A stretch of DNA of 64,000 nt from Mustelus asterias. Taxonomy: Eukaryota. The stretch's first letter is position 1; the number at the start of each line of letters is the position of its first letter. The stretch is taken from positions 372,001-436,000 of the forward strand of contig NW_027590338.1 in the NCBI RefSeq assembly GCF_964213995.1, given 5' to 3'. This document shows, in pieces, positions 1 to 13,054 of the stretch. The notes beneath the pieces are model-generated. The model made no database searches, was not told where the DNA came from, and worked only from the letters and a program-made list of their open reading frames with translations. The position numbers were made by a program, and so were the translations under genes.

Positions 1-344
1 CTGGTTTATTTGCTGCAGAGTTTGAAGTATCATTATCCTAATCAATGTGATGCATATATACTTATGCAACATAATTTAAAAATGTTTCTGCACTCTTGTT
101 CCTGTTAATCATGTCCTGGCATTGATTTCCCATAATGCAAATTGAAACAAATGATTGAATCCTCCCCAGTTTTCACTGTTCTGTCCCTGATGTTTCCGAG
201 ATGCATCAATGAATGATTTCATTCGTTCTCCTGATATCACCGTGCCACTCACATAAACTACATTCATACAGCAAAACATTGAAAATATGCTCCATTATAC
301 GTATTGTTTGGATCATTTTCAGTTAATGATTGCGGTGAAACTTG

Positions 345-841
345 GAGCAACAGCTAAAAAATACACACACTGACAATACTCCACAAAACTGTCACAATTA
401 TAAATACACACATAAGCGCGCACACACACACTCACACTCACACACATACACACACACACATCGACACAAATGCACAACTACACACACAAATACACATACT
501 CACACATATGCACACAAATACAGAAAGACACATGTAAATATACACACACAAACGCATACACATACCCCCACACACATACATATACAGAAATAGGGACAGG
601 CACATTCAAATACAGACACAGAAACACACAAATACACAACAGATACACTTTCACACACCATAGGTACACTCAATACTTGCACAGACGAACACACATGCAG
701 AGAAACAAGAATGCACACACAAATGCACTCATGGGCAAAACATGCACAAACAGAAATACACGCTTACGCAAATACACCCACACAAAAATACACCCATACA
801 CAAACACATCCGTACACAAATATACATAGGGACACACCCAT

Positions 842-873
<32 letters not shown>

Positions 874-1920
874 ACAGACGGACACATACACACACACACA
901 CATACGAACACATAGACACGCGCTCTTGGACAAACAGACACTAAAACAACAACATACACACACATAATCAAATATGTACAAACGCACACATGTACACATG
1001 AAACACACAAGTACATACACATACACATACGTGAGTAGGTACAGACCCAAACACAAACACATACATGCATAGACACAATACAGACAGATACACACGCATG
1101 CAGACCCACATAAATACACAAGCACATACTTAGACTCAAATAAATACATATATTAGCACACGTTCACGCTGATAGGAATATAGATATAAAGACACACAAT
1201 GTTATACACATTCACAAACATATATGGAAATACATATAAACAAATCACCAGGCTGCATACAGAAGAACAGACTGCAAAACATTTACACACAAACATGTAG
1301 ACGCAAACATTAACATGCTCATAGAACAGAACACCATAGCACACATTACTACACATCGAAACACAAATATACATCAACACACCGTTATAAAGAATGTCAA
1401 CACGTGTATACATACACTGACATGTTAACAGGCGTGCACACAGACACATGGAGAAACAGACGCACACAGAAAGGGAAACAGTAAGTAGTTACCTGATGAA
1501 GGGGCAACGCTCCGAAAGCTCGTGCAACCAAATAAACCTGTTGGACTTTAACCTGGTGTTGTGGGACTACTTACTGTGCCGACCCCAGTCCAACGCCGGC
1601 AACTCCACAGAAAGGGAAACAAACATTACTAGAGTGACAGAAATTAACACAGAGCAATAGGCATAAACACATGTGCACCCATTAAGAGTGGCATTAATAT
1701 ATATTCATAGACTTCACACAATAATAGAGTCATATATACACAATGACAAAAGAATAAAATATGCGCACAGATGCAGACACACAACTACACAAATCAACAA
1801 TCACTGGCAAATGAACGTGCACATTAACACTCATAATCACATATTAACTCAGAGCCAAAGATTAATGCAGAGCACGAGATGCTCATGCACACGCACACAA
1901 ATGCAAAATCTTCAATACAA
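345..1920. repeat. Degenerate (CA)n/(CACA/TACA)-rich low-complexity tract, probably intronic to the IgH gene
   Basis: About 1.6 kb of interrupted CA/TA dinucleotide repeats with a (TC)n(AC)n core at 842-870. ORFs here are His/Thr or Val/Cys artefacts. Confidence 0.9.
1481..1605 (+). mobile_element. Penelope-like mini-element with minimal hammerhead motif
   Basis: CTGATGA-A-GGGGC-AAC-GCTCC-GAAAGCTC, then the family tail CCAAATAAACCTGTTGGACTTTAACCTGGTGTTGTG. Flanked by a direct repeat CACAGAAAGGGAAACA (1465-1480 and 1606-1621). Confidence 0.75.
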
Positions 1921-2480
1921 ACGGTAGGCAAATGATGAAAGTACAATTTAAACGTGACTTTTTAATGGAGATATCCACAGATTTATTATCCCAATGTACA
2001 ATGAACAGATAAACACGCTGAGAAACTGAATTAAGCTCACGATCTACTAAACGTTTCCACCATAAAGAAGCGCAGATCGGAAATTACATCCCAACTCTTA
2101 AACAACAACATTCACAGTTTACAGATCAGTAACCATCTGTGAAAACAATCATTGATCAGTGAACGTTCCTCAATATCAGTGATAATATTCTTCAATAAGG
2201 GATAGTTCCGAATTGTCAAAAAATCAACTGATTTTCGAGAAAACACCTTCAGTGCTTTCTGACATGGACTGTCCAAGGAATGTCAATAAAGATCAGGTGT
2301 GAAAATAGTTACGGAGGTCGGTTACTGACTGTCCTGAGCTTAAGAGTAGATATAGATTGAAAATTAAGTTCAAGAATAAATGAACAGTTTAAAAAGGAAA
2401 ACGGGGAAAATAAAGATAACAATAAGATTACCTGGATAAATAAAGTAATCTAATTTCATATCCTGGTCTCCGTCCCCTAG

Positions 2481-2608
2481 ACTCCACCGACCGCATCTGG
2501 ATTGAAGACAATGATGATGATAACAGTAACATCTGGACAACGGCTTCCACATTCATTGTCCTGTTCTTCCTGAGCATTTTCTACAGCACTGCGGTCACTC
2601 TGGTGAAG
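2481..2608 (+). CDS. IGH: Immunoglobulin heavy chain transmembrane exon TM1 (isotype not resolved; IgM-like)
   Basis: Acceptor ...cgtcccctAG at 2479-2480. Phase-1 exon reads (D)STDRIWIEDNDDDNSNIWTTASTFIVLFFLSIFYSTAVTLVK: acidic spacer plus the conserved WTTASTFIVLF.LS.FYS..VTL membrane motif. Donor GTGAGA at 2609. Confidence 0.95.
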
Positions 2609-2748
2609 GTGAGATGATTGAATGCACTCACATATCAAACTGACAGAATGGATTTGAAAAATCTCTCAATGTTCCACTGATTAAAAACTTTAACTTTAAT
2701 GTCCTGCATCATAAACAACTGCTTCATTATTGTATCTTTCTTTTACAG

Positions 2749-2757
2749 ATCAAGTGA
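2749..2757 (+). CDS. IGH: Immunoglobulin heavy chain TM2 exon (IK*)
   Basis: Polypyrimidine acceptor tctttcttttacAG (2747-2748), then ATC AAG TGA. This gives a K-I-K cytoplasmic tail after a 140-nt intron, as expected for IgH TM2 (usually KVK). Confidence 0.9.
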   Translation: MK

Positions 2758-3209
2758 TGGGTTGAATTTTGGATGCTGCAGATTTCCCTCAGCTGATTAT
2801 TATGATCTCCGTATGACACAAATACAATATCTGCTCTTGGTGACTCTATCAGTAAAATTCTCTCAGTTTATCATTCTGAATCTGTAACTGAGACAATCAT
2901 AGACGGTATTTCAGTTTTCAGAGTGAAAAGTACGAGGCATTTTTTGTTATAATGTAATTGTGGTTAATAGTTTCCCCATAGTTTAAATATCATGTATAAA
3001 TAAGAAACTTTTCTCATTCCTTATCCATATTTGTTAATTCCTCTTTCTATTAAGGTCCTGTTTTCTCTTTCTGGTGTATGTAACAGATGTACAAATATTG
3101 ACGGATTCCCTGTGCATGTGTTGTGTTCTCAATGTGAAGCTCGATCGTTAAATTCACTTTTCTAACTTTAAAAAATAATGTCGCTGTAATATATTCTCTG
3201 AATTTTTAA

Positions 3210-3215
3210 AATAAA
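3210..3215 (+). terminator. Candidate poly(A) signal of the membrane-form IgH mRNA
   Basis: AATAAA about 450 nt after the TM2 stop, in an AT-rich 3' UTR. Confidence 0.55.
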
Positions 3216-3385
3216 TATTGAATGAAAATTTAACCATCTCTGGCTTGGCTTAATTCCGTTTTCCAAAGCCCATCAACTCCGCCCCATATTCCATATTATA
3301 CGGTTTCCCCTCTTTCCCAGACATGTCTGTTCCCCCAGTTCTGTGCGGGATGTGTTTGAACTCAAGGCCGTTCAGTGAGAGTCAC

Positions 3386-3403
3386 TGCGCCACCCAGTGG
3401 CCA
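3386..3403 (-). promoter_or_regulatory. CTCF-like site downstream of the IgH gene
   Basis: Minus strand reads TGGCCACTGGGTGGCGCA, a close match to the CTCF core consensus TGGCCACCAG(G/A)(G/T)GGCGC. Confidence 0.55.
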
Positions 3404-4789
3404 ATCCGTATAAAGACACCTTCATCTCTGCCTTTTTATGATAAAATCCAGAGACAGAGCGAGTGAAGAATGAGAAGAACCTCGGTGATTTCACTCATAA
3501 ACTGGTCTGTCACTGACCGAGTTTCAGGTAATTCTAAAAAGCAAAGGCTCTGTTTCATCAGAGGCCGATGCAGGACAGTGTGTGGCAGAAGATAGTTTCC
3601 TTTACACTGCCCCTTAAAAAAACTATCAGTGTCGCTGCAGCGTGGGTTAACAGTGTGAATCTCTCTATATTTCGTCCGATGAAATACTTACAAGGCAGAC
3701 ATGCTACAAGCTAGATAGAGAACACATACAGAGCAGAGGTGCAAACCATGAGGTGAAACCAAGAGACTGAGGTGCATTTCACATAAGCACATAATAGATT
3801 ACAAATTTCCAAATTAAGGCGAGTGCTATGGGATAATTTGAGATGACCAATACTGTATTTAACTACAGACGATATAAAACTCACGTGGCAGATATCTCTG
3901 TGTAAGGACGGAACATTTATTTAAAACAAAAACAGAACTATCAGCTGCTTGGAGATGACCAAAAGGGCTAAATAGCTCTGGAACCGAGCGGCAGGATCTT
4001 TCCGATGCATCTAACGTGTACCATCAATAACAGATCAATTATAGATTTTCGTACCGATCGTTCCGACCTCATATTAGTTTAAGAATCAATTACGTTCAGT
4101 AAACATACATCAATAATAATTCCTGACAAGTTGCTCAGCCAATCGCATTTTACAACACAGCATAATGATATCTCCTTCATCCATTTAAATCGGAGGCTCA
4201 CTCATCTGTAATCAGTATCTGGGAGAATCAGGAAGGTGAGATAGAGTCATAGAGTCACAGAGGTATAAGCATGCAAACAGGCCCTTCGGCCCAACATGTC
4301 CATGCCGCCCTTTTTAACGACATGCAGAGATACCTGCCTCATGAGTTTTACATTAAATTAAAACATAATTGGCCATCTCAAATTACCCCACAACAGAGCA
4401 GGTGAGGATAACCGATGATCCAAAGGGAAACTTACTGAGATGCTGCTTTCCAACAGGAAGTGGATCCTGAAACTGTCGGAACATCTACTGGAGTTCAGGA
4501 AAGATACCTGCGCTGCAATGAATGTGATAATCCTGACAGCCTTAGGATGGAGTCAATCTTTATTTGGTGTAGATTTATTCACAGAGTGAAACATTACAGG
4601 TGTATACCTCCTAACTCCAGGCACCGTCACTAACTGTCCCTTTATAGATCCAATCAATAACCTCCATGTAGTTCACCTTAATCGATACAATTAACACCCA
4701 CAGTCAGAGCATCAAGAAAGGCTCCAATCAGTGTGACTGCCCGAGTGTCCCAGCAGCTCCGATGACCAAGTGACTCCCATCCACACATT

Positions 4790-5396
4790 AGCTTTTATTA
4801 ACAGGGGTTGGAGTTTAAGAGCCGTGGGGTTATGCTGCAACTGTACAGGACCTTGGTGAGACCACATTTGGAATATTGTGTGCAGTTCTGGTCACCTCAC
4901 TATAAGAAGGATGTGGAAGCGCTGGAAAGAGTGCAGAGGAAATTTACCAGGATGCTGCCTGGTTTGGAGGGTAGGTCTTATGAGGAAAGGTTGAGGGAGC
5001 TAGGGCTGTTCTCTCTGGAGCGGAGGAGGCTGAGGGGAGACTTAATAGAGGTTTATAAAATGATGAAGGGGATAGATAGAGTGAACGTTCAAAGACTATT
5101 TCCTCGGGTGGATGGAGCTATTACAAGGGGGCATAACTATAGGGTTCGTGGTGGGAGATACAGGAAGGATATCAGAGGTAGGTTCTTTACGCAGAGAGTG
5201 GTTGGGGTGTGGAATGGACTGCCTGCAGTGATAGTGGAGTCAGACACTTTAGGAACATTTAAGCGGTTATTGGATAGGCACATGGAGCACACCAGGATGA
5301 TAGGGAGTGGGATAGCTTGATCTTGGTTTCGGATAAAGCTCGGCACAACATCGTCGGCCGAAAGGCCTGTTCTGTGCTGTAGTGTTCTATATGTTC
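4790..5396 (+). mobile_element. CR1-type LINE, 5'-truncated 3' end of ORF2 plus tail
   Basis: ORF 4808-5320 with LYRTLVRPHLEYCVQFWSP...RGDLIEVYK...FFTQRVV.W motifs; tail GGCCTGTTCTGTGCTGTAGTGTTCTATATGTTC. Confidence 0.92.
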
Positions 5397-6003
5397 ACAC
5401 ACAGGGTGGGTGAAAGGCCTCTCCCCAGTGTGAACTCGCCAATGGCTCAGTCGCTTGGATGATGTTCGAAACCTCCTTGTGCAGTGAGAGCAGCAGAACG
5501 GTCTCTCCCCAGTATGAATGCACTGGTGGATCTTCAGGTCGGCAGAGTTTCTGAAACAACTCCCACAATCAGAGCATTTAAAGGTTTTCTCATTGGTGGG
5601 GAGTGCACTGGTGTCTCAGCAGATTGGATAACTGAGTGAATCCCTTCCTACACTCAGAGTAGGGGAATGGCCTCTCTCCAGTGTGAATGCGCTGGTGTAT
5701 CAGCAGGGTTGATGAGTCATTGAGTCCCTTCCCACACTCAGAACAAGTGAACGGTTTCTCCCCAGTGTGAACTTGCTGGTATATCAGCAGAATGGAGGAA
5801 TTACTGAATCTCTTCCCCCATACAGAGCAGGTGAATGGCCTCTCCCTAGTGTGAACTCGCTGGTGTCGCTGCAGAGTGGATGAATCAATGAATCCCTTCC
5901 CACACACAGATTAGATGAACAGCTTCTTTCTGCTGTGCCTGGGTCGATGGGTTTCCAGTTCACAGGGGGCATGGAATCCTTTCCTACAATCCCCACATTT
6001 CCA
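5397..6003 (-). pseudogene. C2H2 zinc-finger pseudogene fragment
   Basis: TGE(R/K)PF-linked fingers (ORF 5590-5907) with lost Cys/His residues, frameshifts and stops; bounded by CR1 sequence on both sides. Confidence 0.85.
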
Positions 6004-6049
6004 TCATATCTTCAGGGTATGGACGGCCTTGTAACTCTCCAGGTTTGAC

Positions 6050-6480
6050 GATTTGGTTCCCTGGATTTAGTTCTCCAACCTTCACCTTTAAGGGAATATA
6101 CCCTGATATTGCCCGCAATAGATTTTCCTTAAAGGTGGCCCGTTGTTCAGCCAGCGGCTTTTCTGCCAACATTTGATTCCAACTCACTCGACTCAGATCC
6201 ATTCTCATCCTATTGAAGGTGAGGTTTTTCCTTGATTAATTATCCCCGTTCTGGATCGTTCCTTGTCCTTTTCCATGGCCAACCTGAACATTATGATACA
6301 ATGGTCACTCTCCCCTCAATGCTCTCCCACTGATATTTGATCCACTTGGGCCAACTCATTCCCCAGAACCAGGTCCAGCAGTGCCTGCCCTCTCATTGGA
6401 GCAGAAACACACTGCTGCAGAAAATTATCTTCAACACCTTCCAGGGACTCATGTCCCTCTTGTCCCTTTGCACTATTTGG
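6050..6480 (-). mobile_element. Old CR1 ORF2 endonuclease-region fragment
   Basis: Minus-strand translation ..DNFLQQCVSAPMRGQALLDLVLGNELAQV..VGEH matches the CR1 endonuclease C-terminal segment also seen at 47230-47370. Confidence 0.75.
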
Positions 6481-7014
6481 TTTTGTAATTGGTCTGTTCA
6501 AATGTTGGCTCGGCAATGATTGGGTTAAATCAGTCTCCATAGACTTTGTGACGTAACAAAGTATAAGAAGGGCTTCACCGAGCACAGAGATTTGTCGAGG
6601 TTTTACATATTGCATTGACTGGTGCCATGGCATCTGGGGCAGAGCAGGGAGCATTTCCGTGGAGATGCTGCTTCTACCCAGAGTGTAATGGTAATGCTGC
6701 TGCACTTTGATACGACTGCTCAGACATTAGCCTGTGTCAGCTCTTATTGATACTGAATAAAATCTAACCACTGTCACCAATAAGGGTTATCACTGGGAAT
6801 CATTTCAGAGTTTGGGAAAAGGGGAGAAAGGGTTAATTGACTCCCTGAACCCCATTTTCTAACATCGCTGTGTCAAAAATAAAATCTCATCTCCCCCTCT
6901 GGCTCTTTTGCCAATTACCTTAGAGGGACTCACTTTCTGTTAAAGAGCCTGCCAATGAGCCCAGTCCCGGATGTGATTAACAGCAGCAATAACAGCAGAA
7001 TTCAACCCCTGAGA

Positions 7015-7773
7015 TCACTTGTGAACTCGTTGGTGTGTCTGCAGGTGGGATGACTGAGTGAACCCGTTCTCACACAAGGTGCAGGTGAATGGCCTCTCCC
7101 CAGTATGAACTCGCTGGTGTCTCTGCAGATTGGTTAACTGAGTGAATCCTTTTCCACAGGCAGAGCAAGTGAATTGTTTCTCCCCAGTGTGAACTCGCTG
7201 GTGTACCCGCAGATAGGATGACATTCTAAATCTCTTTGAGCAGTGAGAGCAACTGAACGGTCTCTCCTCAGTGTGAATGCGCTGGTGGGACATCAGAACC
7301 TGAGAGCTTTTGAAGTCGCTCCCACATTCAGAGCATTTATAGGGTCTCTCATTGGTGTGACTGACTTTGTGTCTGCGCATGCTGGATAACCAAGTGAATC
7401 CTTTCCCACACACAGGACAGTTGAACGGCCTCTCCCCGGAATGTACTCGCTGGTGTATCCGCAGGCTGGAGAAGTCAGTGAATCCCTTCCCACACACAGG
7501 ACAGGTAAACGGTCTCTCCGCAGTGTGAATTTGCTGGTGTGTCTGCAGATGACATAACTGAGTAAATCCGGTACCACAATCAGAACAGGTGAATGGTCTC
7601 TTCCCCGTGTGAATTCGTTGGTGTGTTTGCAGGTTGGATGAATCATAGAATCCCTTCCCACACACAGAGCAGGTGAACAGCCGCTCCCCAGTGTGAATGC
7701 GTCGATGAGTTTCCAGCTCAGATGGGAACCTGAATCCCTTCCCACAGTCCCCACATTTCCACGGTTTCTCCAT
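7015..7773 (-). CDS. C2H2 zinc-finger protein, 9 fingers, no effector domain
   Basis: ATG of MEKPWKC at 7773, nine canonical fingers, ends HK*. Acceptor at 8124-8125 and upstream donor (GTGAGT) at 8541-8546. Confidence 0.88.
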   Translation of the reverse strand: MEKPWKCGDCGKGFRFPSELETHRRIHTGERLFTCSVCGKGFYDSSNLQTHQRIHTGKRPFTCSDCGTGFTQLCHLQTHQQIHTAERPFTCPVCGKGFTDFSSLRIHQRVHSGERPFNCPVCGKGFTWLSSMRRHKVSHTNERPYKCSECGSDFKSSQVLMSHQRIHTEERPFSCSHCSKRFRMSSYLRVHQRVHTGEKQFTCSACGKGFTQLTNLQRHQRVHTGERPFTCTLCENGFTQSSHLQTHQRVHK

Positions 7774-8546
7774 GGTGCAGGTTTCCTTGTGACTCTCCAG
7801 GTTAAACAATCAGTTAAATCTCACACAGAACACGGGTACAGTCTCTCCCTGCTGTGAATGCCGCAATGTTTTTTTCACTGATTAAAGCTCTTTCCACAGT
7901 CAGTGCACTGGAACACTCTCACTCGGGTGTGTGCGTGAGACTTGGTAAATTCTCAGTCACGCTGATGTTTAAAATCTCCAGAAGCAAAAAGAACAGAGAA
8001 ATATTTCTCCTTCCAGATACAAAGGCTGATGATGTTCAGGACATGATGAATTGAATAACTGTCAGATATTGATGTGACATTTGCTTTGAGATTACTGTCT
8101 GTAAATCCTCACCTTCTGATATTCTGTAAAAGGAATTTATTGAAGTCATCACTGTCAATACAAGATAGAAATTCAGAACAGACAATTCTAGTGTCTGTGG
8201 AACATTCTTTCCTCCCTCATTCCCCAAAAGCTGTAAATCTCCATTCCACACACTCTCCCTCCATTCTCACTCCGCTGTATCTAATATTCACCCTCCCAAT
8301 TCTCCTGAAGGTGCTGATTGAGGCTGATTGACAGATCCATGCTCACTGCTTCCTGTCCTGGACACAGAGAGCTGAAAATCTCCATGCAGGCTGCCAGATA
8401 GATAAATGTCTACATTACTGGAGTAAAAATGTGTGGAATGTACAGACTGGATTCACTTCCTTTCCCTTCAGTTGCTGCAAGTCCCCAGTTTTCCCCAGAA
8501 TGAGAAAATAAATTGAAAGAGGGAGAAAAGAAAGTGTTTTACTCAC

Positions 8547-8900
8547 AGATATTAGAGAGAGCAGGAAGATTTTGTCTGACTGCATCTCCATGTTCATTCA
8601 CAAAACGCCCGCACTCTGATTGCTGGAGGACCAGAGTCCTTCCGGTCCTCCAACTCTTTCCATTGGTTAACACTTCAGCATGAAGGTCAGGGGGTGAGCT
8701 CTCTTTGCACATGCGCAGCTTCCCCTCTCCTCTGGACATGCGCAGCCCAATGTGGCCCGCCCGCGTGGTGGATAGAGTGGTTTCTCCATCGTGGGCGATT
8801 GTGGGAGCTGCGGCCGCCATTACTCATCCGGAGCCCAGTCTCTAAACTCCTGGGACTGTGATGGAAAGTGGGAGTGGGGGGCGCAGTGACCCCACCCTGA
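8547..8900 (-). promoter_or_regulatory. CpG-rich promoter / non-coding exon 1 of the 7015-7773 ZNF gene
   Basis: Two NRF1-like CATGCGCA motifs, YY1-like GCCGCCATT and CCAAT boxes, directly upstream of the donor. Confidence 0.6.
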
Positions 8901-9074
8901 CACAAAGTACATGTGGGGAGTCACTGGATTGGATTGGGATGTCCCCTTTACAAAACAGTTTGTTAACTTCAGGTGGAAAGATTTAGACACTTGGGTGACA
9001 TTGGGGAAGGCAGCAGGTGAGTGTGAAACTGATCCCGAGAGTCAGCACCTTCAGGGGAGGAGAACTGGGGAAAA

Positions 9075-10770
9075 AGAAGGTGGAGGATAGAGGGTTGGCA
9101 GCAGGAGAAATACTTAATACAATTAATGTAACCAGAGAGGCAGTGCTGGGTAGACTAATGGGACTGAAGGTGGACAAGTCCCCGGGTCCGGATGGAATGC
9201 ATCCCAGGGTATTGAAAGAAATGTCAGAGGTAATAGTGGATGCGTTAGTGATTATTTATCAAAACTCGTTGCATTCTGGGGTAGTGCCGGTTGATTGGAA
9301 AACGGCTAATGTTACGCCGCTGTTTAAAAAAGGAAGGAGACAAAAGGCGGGTAACTATAGGCCGGTCAGCTTAACGTCTGTAGTAGGGAAAATGCTGGAA
9401 TCCATTATTAAAGAGGAGATAGCAGGGCATCTGGATAGAAATGGTTCGATCAATCAGACGCAGCATGGATTCATGAGGGGAAAGTCGTGCTTGACGAACA
9501 TGTTGGATTTTTATGAAGATGTGACTAGGGCGGTTGATGGAGGAGAACCGGTGGATGCGGTGTTTTTGGATTTCCAAAAGGCGTTTGATAAGGTGCCCCA
9601 TAAAAGGCTACTGAAGAAGATTAGGGCACACGGAGTTGGGGGTAGTGTGTTAAAGTGGATTGGGGACTGGCTATCCGACAGGAAGCAAAGAGTCGGAATA
9701 AATGGGTGTTTTTCCGGTTGGAGGAAGGTAACTAGTGGCGTGCCGCAGGGATCGGTACTCGGGCCGCAACTGTTTACCATTTATATAGATGATCTGGAGG
9801 AGGGGACGGAGTGTAGGGTAACGAAGTTTGCAGACGACACAAAGATAAGTGGAAAAGTGAATCGTGTGGAGGACGGAGAAGATCTGCAGAGAGATTTGGA
9901 CAGGCTGAGTGAGTGGGCGAGGATATGGCAAATGGAGTATAACGTTGAGAAATGCGAGGTTATACACTTTGGAGGAAATAATAACAAATGGGATTACTAT
10001 CTCAATGGAAACAAATTAAAACATGCTACCGTGCAAAGGGACCTGGGGGTCCTTGTGCATGAGACGCAAAAGCCCAGTCTGCAGGTACAACAGGTGATCA
10101 AGAAGGCAAATGGGATGTTGGCCTATATTGCGAAGGGGATAGAATATAAAAGCAGGGATGTCTTGATGCACCTGTACAGGGCATTGGTGAGGCCGCAGCT
10201 GGAATACTGTGTGCAGTATTGGTCCCCTTATATGAGGAAGGATATATTGGCATTGGAGGGAGTGCAGAGAAGGTTCACCAGGTTGATACCGGAGATGAGG
10301 GGTTTGGATTATGAGGAGAGGCTGAGGAGATTGGGTTTGTACTCGTTGGAGTTTAGAAGGATGAGGGGGGATCTTATGGAGACTTATAAGATAATGCGGG
10401 GGCTGGATAGGGTGGAGGCGGAGAGATTCTTTCCACTTAGTAAGGAAGTTAAAACTAGAGGACACAGCCTCAAAATAAAGGGGGGTCGGTTTAAGACAGA
10501 GTTGAGGAGGAACTTCTTCTCCCAGAGGGTGGTGAATCTCTGGAATTCTCTGCCCACTGAGGTGGTGGAGGCTACCTCGCTGAATATGTTTAAAGCGCGG
10601 ATGGATGGATTCCTGATCGGTAAGGGAATTAAGGGTTATGGGGATCAGGCGGGTAAGTGGTACTGATCCACGTCAGATCAGCCATGATCTTATTGAATGG
10701 CGGGGCAGGCTCGAAGGGCTAGATGGCCTACTCCTGCTCCTATTTCTTATGTTCTTATGTTCTTATGTTA
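9075..10770 (+). mobile_element. CR1-type LINE, 5'-truncated, uninterrupted RT domain
   Basis: ORF to 10666 with KSPGPDG, NYRPVSLTS, QHGF, DFQKAFDKV, GVPQGSVLGP and KFADD; tail (TTCTTATG)n. Confidence 0.95.
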
Positions 10771-10789
10771 CAATCAATCGTATCAATAG

Positions 10790-11500
10790 GCCTGCATGAG
10801 GTTCCTCCACGTGCTCCAGTTTCCTCCCACAGTCTGAAAGACATGCTGATTAGGTGCATTGACCCGAACAGGTGCCGGAGGTGGCAATTAGGGGAATTTC
10901 ACAGTAACTTCATTGCAGTGTTAATGTAAGCCTTACTTGTGACTTATAAATAAACTTTACTTTAGGAAGGAGGGAGTCTGTGGGGACAGAGATTTATAGT
11001 TTGAGATGAAGAAGGATTTTGTGTGACATGTATTTACCCCATTAATTCCCCCAACCCATACACTAAGAGGCAATTTGCCATGGCCAATCCACCTAACCTA
11101 CACATCTTTGGAGTGTGGGATGTAATTGGAGCACTCTGAGCAACCTCATGCAGACACAGGGAGAACGTGCAAACTCCACACGAGAGCTGTGGCACGGTGG
11201 TTAGCACTGCTACCTCAGAGTGCCAGGGATCCGGTTCAATTCCAGTCTTGGGTGACTGTGTGGAGTTTGCACGTTCTCTCTGTAGCTGCATGGGTTTCCT
11301 CCCACAGTCCGAAAGACATGCTGCTTAGCTGCATTGGCCGTGCTAAATTCTCCTTCAGTGCACCTGAACAGGCGCCAAGCGTGACGACTAGGGGATTTTC
11401 ACAGTAACTTCATTGCAGTGTTAATGTAAGCTTCCTTGTAACACCTGAGGCCAGAATTGAACTCAGGTCCCTGGCGCTGCTGATCACTGTGCCACTTTGC
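10790..11500. mobile_element. Nested degenerate tRNA-derived SINEs (V-type core)
   Basis: A/B-box head TGGCACGGTGG..GGTTCAATTCC and core TGTGTGGAGTTTGCAC.TTCTC in both orientations; alternative tail ACAGTAACTTCATTGCAGTGTTAATGTAAG. Confidence 0.75.
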
Positions 11501-13054
11501 TGCTTGTGTTTTGAGAAATCATATTAAAATCTGGAACTCAGATGGGGATATGAATTGGTGTTGAGTGGGAAGGTCTGGATCACTGCATTACTCCAGAGAG
11601 CCTCGGAATCAGATTTACAGAATGGATCCCTGTAATAGCAGCAATCCCATTGCTATATGTTGGTCAGACTGAGGGAAGTATTTAAACTGGACACCACAGG
11701 TGTGTTAAAGGATAACGTATTCATGGAAGTTATGAACTATCTGAAAGAATATTGAGAGCAAAGAAATCAATCTGGAAAATTGTAGTCACTTCACGTTGTT
11801 CCAGGAGAAGTGGGATTAGGTTGTGTAGATGTCTGGTTTTACACAGCACACAGTCAGCCTGTGGTTTCACCCTGGATGAAGAATCTCTGAATTGTACCAT
11901 TCAAATCACTCAATGGGTTTATCAGGGGCCAGAATGTCTGCTCAGAAAGAGGAAGGTTGGTGTGAAACTAATGAGAAGTAACACAGACACTCACAGACAC
12001 CCTCACACACACACTCACAGACACCCTCACACACACACACAGACTCTCAGATGCCTCAAAATATCTCCTGTCACCTTATTGTTCTTAGTTTTTTTGAAAT
12101 AAATCCTGAATGAATTATAAAATCACACACAAATACTTGTTGAGCTTCCCCTGAAAGACATCGATACTGTTCATTTCACTCCCTGTGGTCATGATTTCCA
12201 TATTCTCACCATTCTTTGGGTGGAGAAATTTATCTTGGATTTCCTATTGGGTTTCTTGGCGACTGTCTTGTATTGATGGTCTCCAGTTTTGCCCTTCTGC
12301 ACAAGAGGAAACATTATTTCAAAACCTTTTATAATTTTGAAGCCCTCTATTAGGTTCCCCCTCAGCCTTAATTTTTCAAGAAAGCGTGAGCGTGTCAATC
12401 CTTTCCTGATAGATAACCAAACACACAGTTTAAAAATAATTTATGGGATGTGGACATCGCGAGCTTGGCCAGCATTTATTGCTAACCTCAGATTGACCTT
12501 GAGAAGGTGGTGGTGAGTTGTTTTCTACATTTCTGGTATCATCATTAAAAATCATCTCTGTACCCTTCTCCAGTGCCGAGATATCTTTTTTATAATACGG
12601 TGACCAGAATGGCACGCAATGGTCGGTAAGATTCTTGATCAGGGAGTCACAGGTTATCCAAAAGTGGTTTGAGCTTATCCATGGTTTTAAATTAGAATAT
12701 TAAGAAGCAACAATTTAGAAATGATGCATTGTAAACAGGGGGGATAAAAACAGAAGACCCATGGCAGGTGACTAACTGGGGTCTCAGCACTGATCCTGCA
12801 TTACCCCAATAATCACTGCCTGCCAGTTGGAAAAAGACCTGTTTAATCTTACTCTACTGTCTGCCAACAAGTTTTCAATCTCAATACATTCGCCCCAATC
12901 CCATGTGCTTCAATTTTTATGAAGAAGTTGCTGTGTTGGTGGACGAGGGGAATCGGGTTCACATTTTCTATCTCAGGGCATAATCATCAACAACTTGTAT
13001 TTACACAGAGTGTTGTGGGGCTGGAGGAGGTTACTGAGATATTGAGGAACTTTT

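Noticed and set aside
342-1927. Many His/Thr- or Cys/Val-rich ORFs
   Set aside because: Translations of a degenerate CA/TG microsatellite; no domain or splice evidence.
9017-10666. Intact autonomous LINE or domesticated RT gene
   Set aside because: Lacks the endonuclease domain and ORF1, and the N-terminus of the called ORF is flanking DNA. It is an ordinary 5'-truncated young copy.
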